NCBI GenBank assembly: GCA_012026655.1
Contig: JAAILG010000005.1
Span: 124,001 to 188,000, forward strand
Source of the DNA: Hydrolagus affinis
Lineage: Eukaryota
Reading direction: 5' to 3'
DNA: 64,000 bases
Positions within the stretch are counted from its first letter, which is position 1. Each line of letters begins with the position of its first letter. The notes under the pieces are model-generated. The model worked only from the letters and a program-made list of their open reading frames with translations, had not been told where the DNA came from and made no database searches. This document shows, in pieces, positions 23,510 through 37,069 of the stretch. A program made the translations under genes and the position numbers.

Positions 23510-23721
23510 CTTAGGATGACCTCCCGATGTGAAAGGTGATATATAAATATAATTTTATATTGTGAAAAGGCACTATCTATATAAAAAAATTTAAAAGGGT
23601 CATTTCAATCCATGACTCTTTGTGGGACACTGCTGTGCGCAATTGGCTGCCACTTTTTGCCCAGAAAATATAGTCAAGTCCAAGGATTATTATTTATTAT
23701 TATATCACATGCAAGGAATTA
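23510..23721 (+). mobile_element. Stacked L2 tail (23510-23550) and internally deleted (ATT)n SINE pieces (23596-23721)
   Basis: CCTCCCGATGTGAAAGGTGATATATAAAT; GGTCATTTCAATCCATGACT..GGGACACTGCTGTGCGCAATTGGCTGCC..CAAGGATTATTAT. Confidence 0.75.
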
Positions 23722-24049
23722 TCTGAAATAGTTTTTTGGTAACGGATATGGGATATACTGACTAAGCATTGTTGGTCAGCAACTTACTTGCATAAAAGAT
23801 TATAGATAACGCAAATACCAGTCAAGTCTTCCCAGTCACATTTCACCATAACTAGACTGGACAAAATGTTGCGATTCGTGTCAATTCATTCCTAAAATGG
23901 TACATGTTCCAGTAGGGATTCCCCAGCAATGCATCGGTGGATCGTATGATAAAACTAATGTTCAAAGATTTAACCTACATTATCTCTGAACCTTCTTCAG
24001 CGGTGGAAAATGAGATGGTTCCATTAAAGAAATTACCTTGAAATAAGTA

Positions 24050-24103
24050 CAATGGGACACTCAACCTCATGAGGGGTGCTATACGAATGCAAGTTGTTGT
24101 TGT
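24050..24103 (+). mobile_element. L2-type 3' tail ending in (GTT)n
   Basis: GAGGGGTGCTATACGAATGCAAGTTGTTGTTGT; related reverse-strand tails at 26365-26435, 37725-37748 and 55444-55462. Confidence 0.65.
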
Positions 24104-24644
24104 TAAAGGCCTGTAACTCAATTTCCTCTATCAGCAGGTGTCTCACTGAAACACTCTATAGGAACACAATGGGAGGCCTACAATTTGTTTCATTTACCTA
24201 CCAAAAGTCATAACCACAGAAGAGGTTGAATGTTTAGGTTTGCGTGACTCGGCCCAGTTCCTTTGTGAGTATTACTAAAGCAAAAGGTTTGTGATGTGTG
24301 CCAGGACTTACTGCAAGATCAAAGCTTAGAGCAGCTCATAATGAGGCAAGATGGTAAAGCCCAGAGAATAAAGGAAACAAAGGAAATGTTTAGGAGATAA
24401 AGATCTGTCTCTGAAATGACATTCATCCAGACCAGATCCTGTGCAGAAGTTAAATCGCAGACGATAATTCAAACAGATCAGATTCAAGGCTCTTCTGATG
24501 TTCATCTCATGGCTGCCCTGCTGTTGTTGCCACCATCTTGTAATATACATTGTTTCTATCCCATTTGTTATGTTTGATGAAACTGGCATTATTTAGTACT
24601 GTACTATGAGACAAGAGTCATCAGAATAAATCTAAACATTCTCT

Positions 24645-24747
24645 CCCACAAAATATAATCAATTCACTTTACAGTATATTCTGTGAAAGGCGTTCAGGCC
24701 TTTTGAATAAGTGATAAGGTGTTATATCAAATGCAAGGGTTATTATG
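24645..24747 (+). mobile_element. (ATT)n-tailed SINE 3' fragment
   Basis: CCCACAAAATATA..AATTCACTTTACAGTATATTCTGTGAA..ATATCAAATGCAAGGGTTATTAT. Confidence 0.85.
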
Positions 24748-25439
24748 AATGTTAACATATATTTTGAAGAAATCAGTAATAAAATAATTGGCACGATTTA
24801 GACAATTGTAAGCAGTAATGTCTTTTGTTTGACAGGACCTCAGAATGTTATCCAAGCATATTAAGTGGGGAGCAATAAGTGGGGAGAAAGCAGTTGCAGT
24901 TACATTTAAAGTATAGAATTGGAATTATTTGCTTATTCTGTAATAAACAAGCTATGTTTCCAATCAACCTCAATAGCATGAGAATATATCTCAATGCACT
25001 TGGAAATAGATCAGCTTGAAGGATAAAGTTCATCTGAATCATAAAACCACAATGACAGTGATGATTTGATTATAAACCATAAAGTTTCTAAAGGTTTATA
25101 TTGAAAAAGTTAAGTGAAATTGAGCCAGCTTGAGAATAATAAAAAGTGGACTAACAAGACCTCAGAATAGCAAAAAGGTTCAAGTACATCTTAAAGAAAT
25201 CATTTAGAAACTGTAAATGAATGCATAAGCTCTGTGTAAAATGAGTTTACGAGTGTTAAAGTAAGGACACATGGAACAAGCAGAAATGAAGGAACACTTG
25301 GCTTATTCAGGGGATTATTGCAAAAAAGATATTTGATGGCTTAGTGGATAAAGATGCCATGCAATGAAGAAGCGAGCCATATAATCTAGATCAGAAAGCG
25401 GCATCTTCTGTGTTGTGCACTGATTCAAATCAAGGAAAT

Positions 25440-25630
25440 GACATTTAGACCCTATACTAGGGAGGGTAAAAACAGCGAGGGTTCTTAGTCCTGATCCCAA
25501 CCCAGTTGATCCAATACTGAAAAGTCTGCATTAGGATGTCAGACGAGGGCAAGGTCAGCCTTGACCGACTTGTGCAGGACCCGCACACTAAGCTCACACA
25601 TGGAGAACAGTTATTATGTTGAGTTACCCA
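25440..25630 (+). mobile_element. Ancient LF-SINE-like element
   Basis: AAAAACAGCGAGGGTTCTTAGTCCTGATC..GCTCACACATGGAGAA shares motifs with the copies at 38340, 51860 and 55470. The LF-SINE name is from recall. Confidence 0.45.
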
Positions 25631-27046
25631 ACTTTGCTGAGACAGCTGGCAAGTGTCAGCAGAGACAAAGTGTCAGCAAACAAAATAAATGGTCAAATGT
25701 AAGATAACCCTTACAGTTGTTCTAATATAAGGAGGTTTATTTCATCAGTTTGCATGAATATCTTTACTGAATGGCATAGGTACAAAAATAGCTGATATAT
25801 GCACTGTAAAATATAATTATTAAGGTACTAACTTACTAAATGTTGTAAGGAGTCAAAAGTCCCCAGAGTATAGAGGTTGGCATAAAATAAATACAGACGT
25901 TTGCTTCGCAAAAGAAAATCCACAATACCAGAACCGAAAATAATTAATAGTGCAAAACAAATTGTGACTAACTGCATTTGTTTTCTGGGCATCATTAGGA
26001 AAGTTATTACCCGTAACGCTGACATTTAGAAAAAAAACTAGATGTTATTCCTATATGAACTAACCCAATTGGGTCCACAGTACCCAAGGCTTTGGAGAAT
26101 TAATTTAAGATACACTTAAGTTTTTATTGGGTGACATGCTACTTTAGAACAAACAGAACAGCTCATTGCTGATGGAGGCTTCCAGGCATTCTTTTGTTCG
26201 GGCAAAAGACCATCATAATTCACTGGCAAGTCAAAAGGTCTTTCATACTTGTGAAAATACAGTGATAACTCACTGCTAGGAATGATAGAGATCCTCTCTA
26301 AAGTCCAGTTAGATTTGGCTGCCAAAGTTAAACTGCATCTTTTCCATCAGGTTATCCAACACTCAAACAACAAGAACAACAACTTGCATGTATTGTACAT
26401 AGCACCCCTCGCACAGGGTAGCATCCTAGTGCACTTAAAACAGCAGCTGTGAAAGTTATATAACAATTAGCCATGGAAAACCAGCACCAGTAGTTGCCAT
26501 ATATTACATAAAAATATATAAAGTATCTCCTACCAGCATGCTTTGCTTTTTCTTTGCTTAGCTGATAATATTCATTCCCAAGTTGCTGTCTTCAATAAAA
26601 TATGAAGTTCACGCAAACTTAGTCCACTACTGTTAAGTGAATGTAATAAGAGATATAATTCCCTTATCCATATACAGTATTTCATTTACAAAGCACTGTG
26701 CATATCATAACATAATTTAGGCCAAACTCAAGATTTTTTAAAAAACAAATTCAAAAGCAGAAATTCGCAAATAAAAGTACTGAATTTAAATCACATCCAC
26801 CTTTTGTGAGATTTTGTTTATGTTTAGTGAAGTACGCTTTCCTCAATCAACAAGGAACATGGAAATTTATCAATCAAATGACTGTTATGCAGCCTGCATA
26901 CAAGAGTGGTCAATTATTAACTGAAATTGTCAGTGGAACTGTGAGCTTTTTGAAATGATGCAACACAAAAATGTACATTGCCACGAGACAGTTTCTTGTG
27001 AACAAAAAAGAATCGGTTGTTAACTAAAATTCACATGTGGTACGAA

Positions 27047-27220
27047 GGAGTCCTATAGCTCAGTGGTTAGAGAACTTGGCTCGCAAGTGAGTGAGCTGGG
27101 TTCGATTCCTGACACAGGGCGCAACCTTGAGCAAGTTTCCTTCCTGCGCACGCCTGATAATAATCCTTCAAGAGAAAAAAATATCGGTCACTTCAATCCA
27201 TGACTATTCGTGGGACACTG
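27047..27220 (+). mobile_element. 3'-truncated tRNA-headed SINE
   Basis: GGAGTCCTATAGCTCAGTGGTTAGAG..GGGTTCGATTCC (intact A and B boxes), with body running to GTGGGACACTG. Confidence 0.85.
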
Positions 27221-28879
27221 AAAATCAGATGGCTTTCAATATTTGTGTTGGGGAAAGTAAATCGATATAGACAACAGGACTTAGTGCGTTGATCATAAAC
27301 ATCCATCCGCGCTTAGGTTTAAACTGAATTTTGGTAGTCTTGAAACATCAAGCATAAAACAGGAAAACTGCAGCAGGTGCGTTACCTGATCCAGATGTGA
27401 TCATACTCCAGGTGTTACTGTTTGATGGTGGCCCATCCAGGTTTGATGCATCAAAGATCAACCAGAAGAGGTCTTTGATGTATAACCAAGTCATTCTTCA
27501 GACTTCAAAACGTTCACAGATTAGGAAAAACAACCTTTGAAGCCAGAATTCGACTGGAAAGCAATATTTTGGAAGGTGCTCCACAGCCAAAATGATCCAC
27601 CAGAGTCACGAGGAAGAAGACAGGAAAGTAAAAGATTTTCAAAGCTGTTTTTATGAAATTAGAGCAACGGTGGAGAGCTTACAGGATATACATTAGGTTT
27701 GGTAGCGAAAAGTAAAACTTTTTTTTAACTGGGGGAAAGGGAGCAAATGGGCAAGTAAAGAGCAAAACATTTGAATTTTTAATAAATGTTATTTAAAATA
27801 TGTGTCATATTTTGGTTTCCGTTTATTTTGTTTGGCCAAGACCTTTTCCAGTTTTTCCTTCATTTTATTTTGGATTCCCTTTCCTGTTCCTTCCTTTCCA
27901 GATTCAATTTCCCTTTCCTCTGCCTCACAGTAAAATGTTGTTTATTGTTAATGCAATACCTACTCTGGGAGCTGATGTCAGAGCAAGTATAGGACAAGTA
28001 TACATGACCTTCAAATATACTTGCACTATGCCATGCCTTTTCCAAGTTCTAGGTTTGAAAACATGTGAAATAGTCCAATATCACTTTCTAAGCGTGCATG
28101 AGGAACAATCCTTGCAGTAAAGGTAGCAGCAAAGATCCCACCACAGTCCCCAAAACTACCAGCACTGGTCCTTATTACCTGCTCCACTAAATTAAGATAC
28201 ACATGTCGTCTCCTTGTTTCATGTTAAGTAAGCCGCAAGAGAGAGCAGAATGAGAAAAGCTCATTTAGTATGAGCATGTGCTCACACTCGAAGTCAAACA
28301 GCCTATGACACCATCTACACTATTCAGTACTTAGGCTTTCTGAAGTCTATCGAGGCCACAATAGTGAGCTCACTGTCACTTACACACCGACAGACACTGG
28401 CGCAGACATCACATGTCTATGCCCAAAGAGGCTAGCAAGATGTCGCAGACCATTCAATTTTATCCAAGACTAAGCCACAGCAAGATCATTGTCAGCTACT
28501 TTTTAACAAAACCTAAATTACAGGCTATGAGAGAGCTAAAAGGTCACTTGTTGCAACAATCAGATTTTGTTTGTGTTCAGCTAAATCCGTACTATGCCCA
28601 TCATTAGATAGCCCTGTTAACATGTGTTTTTCCCCCCATTTTGGTTGACAGCAGGAAGAATGAGGCTGCTGCATAATCAAACAATTAACAAGATATTTTT
28701 GGGCGTAGTCAACGAATATGTTTTGCTTCAATCTGCTGACTGAGAGTTTGAGCTTCATTTTATCACTATAAGACAATATTGGTAAATGCTTTGTGACTTC
28801 GCGCACCACCAATCTAAAGGAAGAAAGCACAGTGACAGCAATTAGGAGGCAATTGTAGCAGAGGTATTGGAGATGATGT

Positions 28880-29395
28880 ATAAGAAAACTACAACACTGA
28901 CTGCTGGAGCAGAGCTAATGGGACATTTAAAAAGGAATTAGATAAGGATATGGGTATTAAAGGATAGGACAGGCAATAGAAGGGGTGAAGAGGAGATTTA
29001 CTAGGATGATACCGGGGATGAGTGGTCCATGAGCAGGAACACCAAACAGAAACTTTTGCCACTGGAACAAAGGTCAATTATGAGAGGTTTTAATAAAGTC
29101 AATATGGAAACAATATTTCCACTGTCACCATTCAGTGACTAGAGGGCCTCAATTGAAGATAGTTATCAAACAAACATAAGGAGAGGTTAGAAGATTTGGT
29201 AAGAACATGGAATAACATGCTGGGAATGCTGGTTGAGGCAAAATCAATAGTATCTTTCAAAAGGGAACTATTATCGATAGATATCTAAAAAAAACTACAG
29301 GTGTATAGGGAAAGGGTAGGTAAATGGGACTGAAATGATTTTTTCTTTAAGAGTCAGCACAGACACAATGGGCTGAATGATACTCTTTTGTGTGG
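28880..29395 (+). mobile_element. Two adjacent CR1 3' fragments
   Basis: ACATTTAAAAAGGAATTAGATAAG..; ACTAGAGGGCCTCAATTGAAG..; AAGAGTCAGCACAGACACAATGGGCTGAATG terminal motif. Confidence 0.65.
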
Positions 29396-31759
29396 TAAAT
29401 GCCTGTTGTTCTAATAGTTCTAAGGAAAGAGGAAGAGACGGCTTTATTAGAGGAGCAAATACTGACATGAATGCAATGCCCTACTACCAATGTTGGTGCT
29501 GTATAGATTTCCATTGTTCCAGGAGTCAGAAATGTTATAATAAATGTTATAAACAGGATTGTGATGTGATATTTTAAATTGTTGGCAATGTTTCGGATCA
29601 ATGCACTTCAGAACAGACAATAAAGCCACTTTTTTTTTAAAATACTAATAAATCAAAAAATTAACTGCTAATTTATTGCTCCACTAGAGTTCTCCGAGTC
29701 ACAAGAAAGATTTGTGGAACAGAATGTGGCCTTTCAGTTCACCTGCAATAATCATGTAATTTATGATAGATACATGTCCAGACACAAATACTAACAATAA
29801 TTCCATCTATCCTGAAGAGTTATTAGGGCTCTGGCTCTGGCCCCCTTCACTATGCCTCAATAAACTCCATCAATTGACTAACCAATCCACCTACTCCAAC
29901 ACATAGAGGTGTAAAATTCCTAGACATTTGTGGAGGCGGTGGGGGTGGTGTGGGGGGTGGGCGGTGTGGGGGGGAATGGAAGAAGAGGGGGAAGAAGATA
30001 AACGCATTCCTAACTCTTTCAAGTATTGAATACATCAAAATTGAATAGAAACAGAAACTCACTTTTCAGGATGGAAGGTAAACAAAGGTGGGTAGAATTA
30101 CAGCTTTCACTTCCCACGGCATTATCACCAGGATCCCATAGCCATGTTCTGGGCAATCCTGGAATCGCTGCCAACAGCAGCAAACCAATCTTGTTAACAA
30201 GCTGCCCTGTACAACACCAGTTCTTCATAGAACTGGCAACCCTCAGTTGTAACAAAAGGTACAGCATCATGTTCCCTTATTCTCCCCCAACTTTAAACTT
30301 CTCCAACACTGATCCGCGCCACCCATGGATCTTCAATAAAAATAAATGCCCTTAAATGCTGCCCCTCCTCCCCATGATGGATGGTATACAAGTGCAAGTT
30401 GTTGTACAGAGAGTTGCAATCTATTGAGTTCCTTAAAATAGACTACTGATGCTATGTCATTTAACTACTTTGAAAAAATGGCTCAATAAATATCCGCTTG
30501 GGAAAAAGTATTGGGGGGATTTAGGGATGGGTTCAAACTAACATAAACGATTAAGGGTGTCACGATTTCTGTGTCCAACTTGGGTTGAATACTCTTACGT
30601 ATGGTGATCACTTTCTGCTTGTATCAGACACCCAACTGACCAATAAAAATAGTGGAAAAGGAGATTGTGACATCTGGAGGAAGCACAGATGTGGAGTTGG
30701 AGGTAACAGGATACATATTCATTTTCTTTGTGGATCAGGGAATATCGGCTATCGCTCCTGTTCGGATTGGTAATACACTACAACAGTAGACTTACTTCAT
30801 TTTATAAGCAATACACTGTATTTTACTGCACATACATACGAACAGCCAGTTAACAAATCATCCAGGCCTTAAATAGCATACATTTTAAAAAAGAGCTACG
30901 TTATAAGGTTTGGGTGTGAACGGGTTAAGTGGTTGAAAGCCTATTGCACTTGTCAGCTGGATTATCCAGCATCACATGGCTGCAAGAGCAGCTGAAGTTT
31001 TACAAGTCAATGAGAACACAGTGTTTCAGCATCTGTAGATGGAAAAGCAAAGCAAATGCAACGATAAGCACAGAACTTTCGCATTTCCAGTTGACCAGAG
31101 GTAGCCACTCATGTTTAGAAACAATAGCAAACTAATGACTGACCTGGATATTTTCTATGCAGCGAGTGTTGACAGAAACACATGGCTGGTGAATGACCCC
31201 TTACAGTTTTCTCACCATGCTAAATATATCTTGCACAATGCATTCTTTGTTACATGTTTATAAATGAAACCTGCAGTAATTTGGCAGCAGTTGAAATTCC
31301 TCTTGTCTCCTAATCAGTTCAATCAAACCCAGCAGTTTAGAAGAACCTGGGAAATCATTAATGGAGCACACCTGTTTGGTGGAATAATGTGAAAAATTGG
31401 AGCTTTTTTTGTGTTCAACAGGTGAAATTCTCCCAAGAATTGTCCATTTTAAAAGGCTGTAAATTTCCCAGTGTCTAATTTTATGTGGTCAACTGTGAAT
31501 AAAAGCTTACCTGATCCAAATGTAATTTAATCGGAATACAACATCAAATCTCAACAAACTAAATCACTCCCCATTCATGAACTATTATATAGGATTTCTA
31601 ATCCAAGCAGAATACTTAACTGTACAGTCCTGATCAAACCACATAAAATGAATTCTCAATTACTTGTTTTCTCAAGTTTAGCCCACTGAATAATGTTTGG
31701 CTTGATGTTTCACGCACTTTCTGAATGCAGTGTATTACAGGATTAATTGGATTCAGGAC

Positions 31760-31762
<3 letters not shown>

Positions 31763-31797
<35 letters not shown>
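31763..31797. repeat. (AT)n microsatellite
   Basis: About 17 perfect AT units. Confidence 0.95.
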
Positions 31798-31800
<3 letters not shown>

Positions 31801-32429
31801 TAAAAAGTAAAAGAAATGCTCACCTCTAGATGCTGTCAGCCATCAACATGTGGTGATTTAAGTGAAATACGCAAGTGCAAAAGTTTGTGGGATGTTTGCC
31901 CCTTTAAGAGGCTTCAGGGTAGGACCCTGTGATTTTCTATTCTTGCAGCATCTTTTCAACCTGAGGAAGTACTGAGACTTCGACGAGTTCCAAAGATCTA
32001 GTTGTTATGATCTTTAGAAAGACTCCCCCCACACCATCATCCCCATAAAATTGGAAATACGTGTTCAGCAAAGACATTTAATAGTTATATTTGTTACCAT
32101 GGAAAGAATATTGAATATCTGAGTTATCACAAGAGTGTAACCTGACCTGCAGGTTCAGATAACTGTAATCTAAACTTTGAGATGAGATTACAACCTTGAA
32201 ATCACTCCAGGATATTGTGCTACGTTCGTAGGATAGGTTTATTCTATTTAGATCTGAACACGAGTGTCACTAGTGTGCTCTGTTTATGATGAATGATTGC
32301 AACCAGTGCAAATGCAAACATGTCATAAAATCCCTATCAAAAAAGGCTAGAAAACAAGAAGTCCGGAAGGTTGATTGACAGAGAATAACATAACCAGTGT
32401 AAGAACAATATATTTACTCTGAGCTTAAG

Positions 32430-32580
32430 AGTAAGTCATGAGACTTTTAACATCCATCTGAATGGACAGAAAAGTGTTCCCCTTTATTATATTGCATGCA
32501 AGCCTCAAAATTCCAATATAGGACTGGAACCAACAACCTTCTGAGTCAAAGGTTAGAGGGCCATGAACTGAACCAGGCTG
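32430..32580 (-). mobile_element. DeuSINE-like fragment
   Basis: GGACTGGAACCAACAACCTTCTGAGTCAAAGG and CTTTTAACATCCATCTGA are reverse-complement matches to the head and core of 23117-23500. Confidence 0.5.
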
Positions 32581-35319
32581 ACATCTGATGGAAGTCCCAT
32601 GCCAGTAATGGGACAACTAATTCTGTGGCAATGCATTAGAGTTCTACATCTTGAAGCATCATTGGTGGTTCTCAACTCAAGGCAACATAGTGATTTGAGA
32701 TGTACCTATGCATCCGATATCATGGAAGTATCATGGAAATTATTTCCCTGTGGAGGCGAGTTAAGAGTTGTCTCTCACCCGCTGAGGAGAATCCATTGTT
32801 ATATTCTTTATGATTTCCAGATAATCAACAACATTGTGTGTTCTTATCACTGTCCTATCCCTGTGCTGTCCAAGCATATAATCCCAAAACACATACCTCT
32901 GTATGTATTCTTGTAATAGGCTACCATTGTGTTGCACATCCATTAAAGCATTCAAACCTTGATTAGCTTTTTGTGAAACTTCCAATGTACCTCTACTTAC
33001 TGGGTATATTTTAATTTATCCTGATAGATTCAAGATTCAATTTGAGATTCAATTGGTTGCATTCATTGTTTCCTAACCTTCTCCGTGGGACACATATGTG
33101 ATAGTCACTCAAACTAAAAGCAGATGATAGTAGAAATCTGCATTGGTTGAATCCTGCCTAGGAAATGCTGAACACCCCCATTTCATGTTTCTGTAACTTT
33201 GCCCGGACTGACCTTAGCTGCTCACCTCACTTATATGACCTCCCAAATTAACTTATTATCACAAGAAGATATTAAATTTTGAAAATAAGCATTTTTAATT
33301 GTGTCTAAGTACTTCCTTAAGAAACTGAATTAAACCAAATCTCACAGCATTGTAATTAAATAGGCAAAGCCTCTTAGCTATCCAGTTCATGATTAAAAAA
33401 AATTCTGTCCAACATGATCACCTAACCCCATCATTCACTGGGGGAAGTTTTCCCACCCAACTTAACCAGTGAAGAGTAAAGTGTATGCAAAAATAGGTTT
33501 AAAAAAATTAATGGTGGGGGAGGGGAGACATCAATGATGGAGGAGTATCAAAAGATAGAGGAAAAGTATCTGCAGTTTATCATGTATCCTGCACTGGTCC
33601 ACAAACCTGACAGCCTACACAACTGGTAATGACTAACACCCTCTAGGGCATGTCTATGCTCAACTGTAAATTAATCAAAATCAGCGCATCTTCCTCACAG
33701 AAATACAGCTCATTATTCCATAATCAGTGATTGGTCCCTAGTTTGTAGAATGCCAGAGCGAATATCACCCTTTCAGTTTCATTCGTTCCTTTGTTTGCGA
33801 TTTAAGTACCAAGAGGTTCTTGATCAGTTACCAGGTGGCAATTATAGGGACCATATGCCATAGAAAGATAAAGGGGACAGACACCTTCAGGAGTGGAATA
33901 TCGGAATAATAACCATTGCATCACTCTTGTCCCAAGATTGATGTCGGAAACAACAACATCAACAACAACAACAACAAAAAAAATGACATTCCATGAATAC
34001 TGTCATCTTCCATTCTACATTGAGAAATTAAATTACATTCTTCTCCATGTTTACTGTGTAAATTCCTGCAGAAAGACACAGCTCTCTGTTATTCTTATTA
34101 ACCTAACCTTTAATTTGTCTCCCACATGTCTTGTAAATGCTATTATGTATTTAACATTGGTCAAGTAAATTTTAACAACCATATTTATAGAGTGAATACT
34201 AGAAAGCATAATAAATACTAAAGCACGTAAAGAATACTAGCACACATAAATTGGGTAATGTTATCGATCTGATTCCTAAAACCTAAATATCTTAAGAAAA
34301 TGTTGATTGGAATTATAATCCCACTCCTGGAAGAGGAACCATTGTTTGCAGTGGGTACATTCAGTCTTATTAAGATATAGTAAAGACCTTTCTCTCATCA
34401 TCCATATTTGTATCCTGGTTTGCATGTTGGACAGCAGTGCTGGTTGTTTCTGTTCTCTTGGCCTGATCCCAACCAATTTTCCCGCTTGAGTAAATTTTTT
34501 GTATCTGCCATATCTATTCCTTTATCCATGTTAAATTGTGAAGGCTTAACAAAACCCTTCAGGCAAAACAGTTTTCACCTGCTGCAATCTTTTGAAATGT
34601 TTTTTACATTATGGATGAAATATGTATATATTTAACATTGCTTTTGCTTTCAGCAACCAGCAGTTGTTTTTAATGTAATATTCATCCAAATTCTTTGAGT
34701 GGTAAGTTGGGATAACTTTTTACAGTGCTAGACTTTTTCATATTCACAAGAACTTTATAGAATATGTTACTTTGATTCAAAATTAAGTATAAAGGTTCTG
34801 GGATTAAGTATAAAGGTCCTGAAAGTTTAGATGATAGGTAATGGTACGCACTTTCTCCAGTCCTTCTGGATGCAAGATGTTGGCAATTAAGTTTTTTTTC
34901 CATAAAAGGAACATTCACTAACCTCTACTTCCACACAGGCGCAAAAAGCCTTCAAATTGTTTATGGATGCTGCCTGACAATTCACATACATTTTTTTCAG
35001 TGCTGTAGCTGGTTTCTAAATCAGACATAATTTTGGCAGCATTAATAATGGCTTACATTAGATTAAAAGTTCACATTCTCACTATATAATCTCCCCCAAA
35101 TCATACTCTGTTTATGAATTTTACCATCAAAACACAAAAAACCTGATTTGAAATTAAAGCCTTGGCAGAGATGTGGTTTAAAAAATTCAGCCTCTGCCAA
35201 CGTCTCTGCAGTAGGTGGTAATGAGCAAGAGATTCCAGATTCTGACAGTGTTGTTTTTTGTTTAAGTTGCACATATAGTTCCTGCACATTACAAAAGTGT
35301 AATTTAGCCAATGTGACAT

Positions 35320-35443
35320 GTTCTGATGAAAGGTTGTCCATTCTGTCGAAGGGTTGTGGACCCGAAATGTTGACTCATGTTCCTTTCTCCATTGATGCTG
35401 CCTGGGCTGCTAAGTGTTCCCAACGACTTCTGTTTTTGTTTCA
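35320..35443 (+). mobile_element. Penelope-like terminal-repeat relic with tandem hammerhead-like motifs
   Basis: GTTCTGATGAAAGGTTGT then TTCTGTCGAAGGGTTGTGGACCCGAAATGTTGACTC..GATGCTGCCTG..TTCTGTTTTTGTTTCA; same family as 17506-17720. Confidence 0.7.
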
Positions 35444-35459
35444 CCTCTGCAGGGATTTG

Positions 35460-35652
35460 ACTAGGGCCGTGAGATTCTTAATATCCACCCGAACATGCTA
35501 ATGGGACTCAAGTTTAACGCCTCATCCAAAGGATTGCTCCTCCTGCAAAGCAACACTCCCCCAGCACTGTAATGGGAGTGTTACCTAAACTATATGAGTT
35601 CAACGTCCACAGCCTGCTAACTCAAGAGGCAAAAGTGCTATTAATTGACCCA
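35460..35652 (-). mobile_element. DeuSINE/SacSINE1-like SINE 5' half
   Basis: GTTTAACGCCTCATCCAAAGGA..CACTCCCCCAGCACTGTA..AGAGGCAAAAGTGCTA..TGACCC, the reverse complement of head and core. Confidence 0.65.
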
Positions 35653-37069
35653 GAATCATACCTGAATCTTTGAAGTGTGCATGCTATAACTTAAATATAA
35701 TTAACGATACCACAATGCTTCCTAAAAAGAAGGGACTCTCTCCCATGGCTGCTTATCAAGTTTGCACGAAATGCACACCAGTTTTTGCCTAACAGAAACA
35801 GTCTCTACACTCCACAGAATTTACTGTAAAGCATTTTGAGATGTTGTATACAACATGACAAGACGCTGTAAAAGTGTTTTCTTTTAGTGCTGTTTTGCAC
35901 GATTTAGCTTCTCAATCATTCCCCCAAGGCTTTAAAATCAGCTTGACTGAAATGTGATATAATCTGTTATCCAATTTGCGTCATTGTATCAAATTTAAGT
36001 ATATTAGGATCACTACAATGATGTCAAATCTTCACATACGTCTCACTTTCCCACCAGTTCAGGCTTACTGCTAAACAGTAAACATATTGCCCCTTTCCCA
36101 TTCCCTCCCAAGTGTACTGTCTAGAAACAGTCCTCCATTTCCTCCTTGCACTGACCTTTTGGAAGATCCCTTCTCCTGTTCCATTTTAAATTAGAGTAAT
36201 TAAAATGCCCTATAATTATAAAGCCCCTTTCATTGATGCTCTTTTTATTTTCTCATGTAATTCCATATCAACTTCCTCCTCTTTTGTAGTCAGTCACAGC
36301 AATTTCCATGTGTTAAACTTCCCCCCCCCCACCCCCCATTAGGACAGATTTCCACCCACTCTGGCTCAGATCTCTAATTATCAAAAGCTTTCAATAACAT
36401 TCATACCATACCCTCTTTTGCTGGAGATACTCCTCTCGGAGCTGTCTGTCTGTCCCTCCCTCCCTCCTCCCCCACCCGCTCACCCAGTCCATTTGATTCT
36501 TCTGTCACTTTTGAATATTTTACACCTGACAACAATGAAAACAATGGATGGAACCATTTCAAACTTGCTTTAGATGGTGTTGGCAGTGATCTGCTTCAGG
36601 TGGACTTACACGCTCTTTCATTATTTCTAGTATTCTTTGCAACTGGGCCAATATTTTGTTGTACAAGCTGCCTGACCTGAAATGTTCAGGTTTGTGAGGA
36701 TGCAGTGTGAAGAACATTGATCTATAAGTAGAGGATCTGCCAGTGCTTTGCTTTTACCCTATGTACCTTATTGAATTTCCAGATCCTGGGAAGCTTCACC
36801 TCCACACATACACAAAAGGAATAAACTAAAATAACCATGTGTGCACTTCCTGTTCAGGTTTCCCTCCTGGGGGCCTCGATGAAAGGAAAATAATGCGTGC
36901 GGTACACCATGCGGGACACTTGTCCAAAATACAATTTACAACTCTGCTGCAATCTGTCAAAAGAGGCTACCGAGGCCAGAGAGTGTAGCTTTTTTGGGGG
37001 GTGGGGGGAAGTTGTCTTTAAAGCATTTAAACATATATTACTTGCATCCATCACAAGAACAGGACGATC

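Noticed and set aside
29935-29975. G-quadruplex-like G-runs (also ~43137-43171)
   Set aside because: Such G/C-run low-complexity patches are scattered throughout the window with no functional context.
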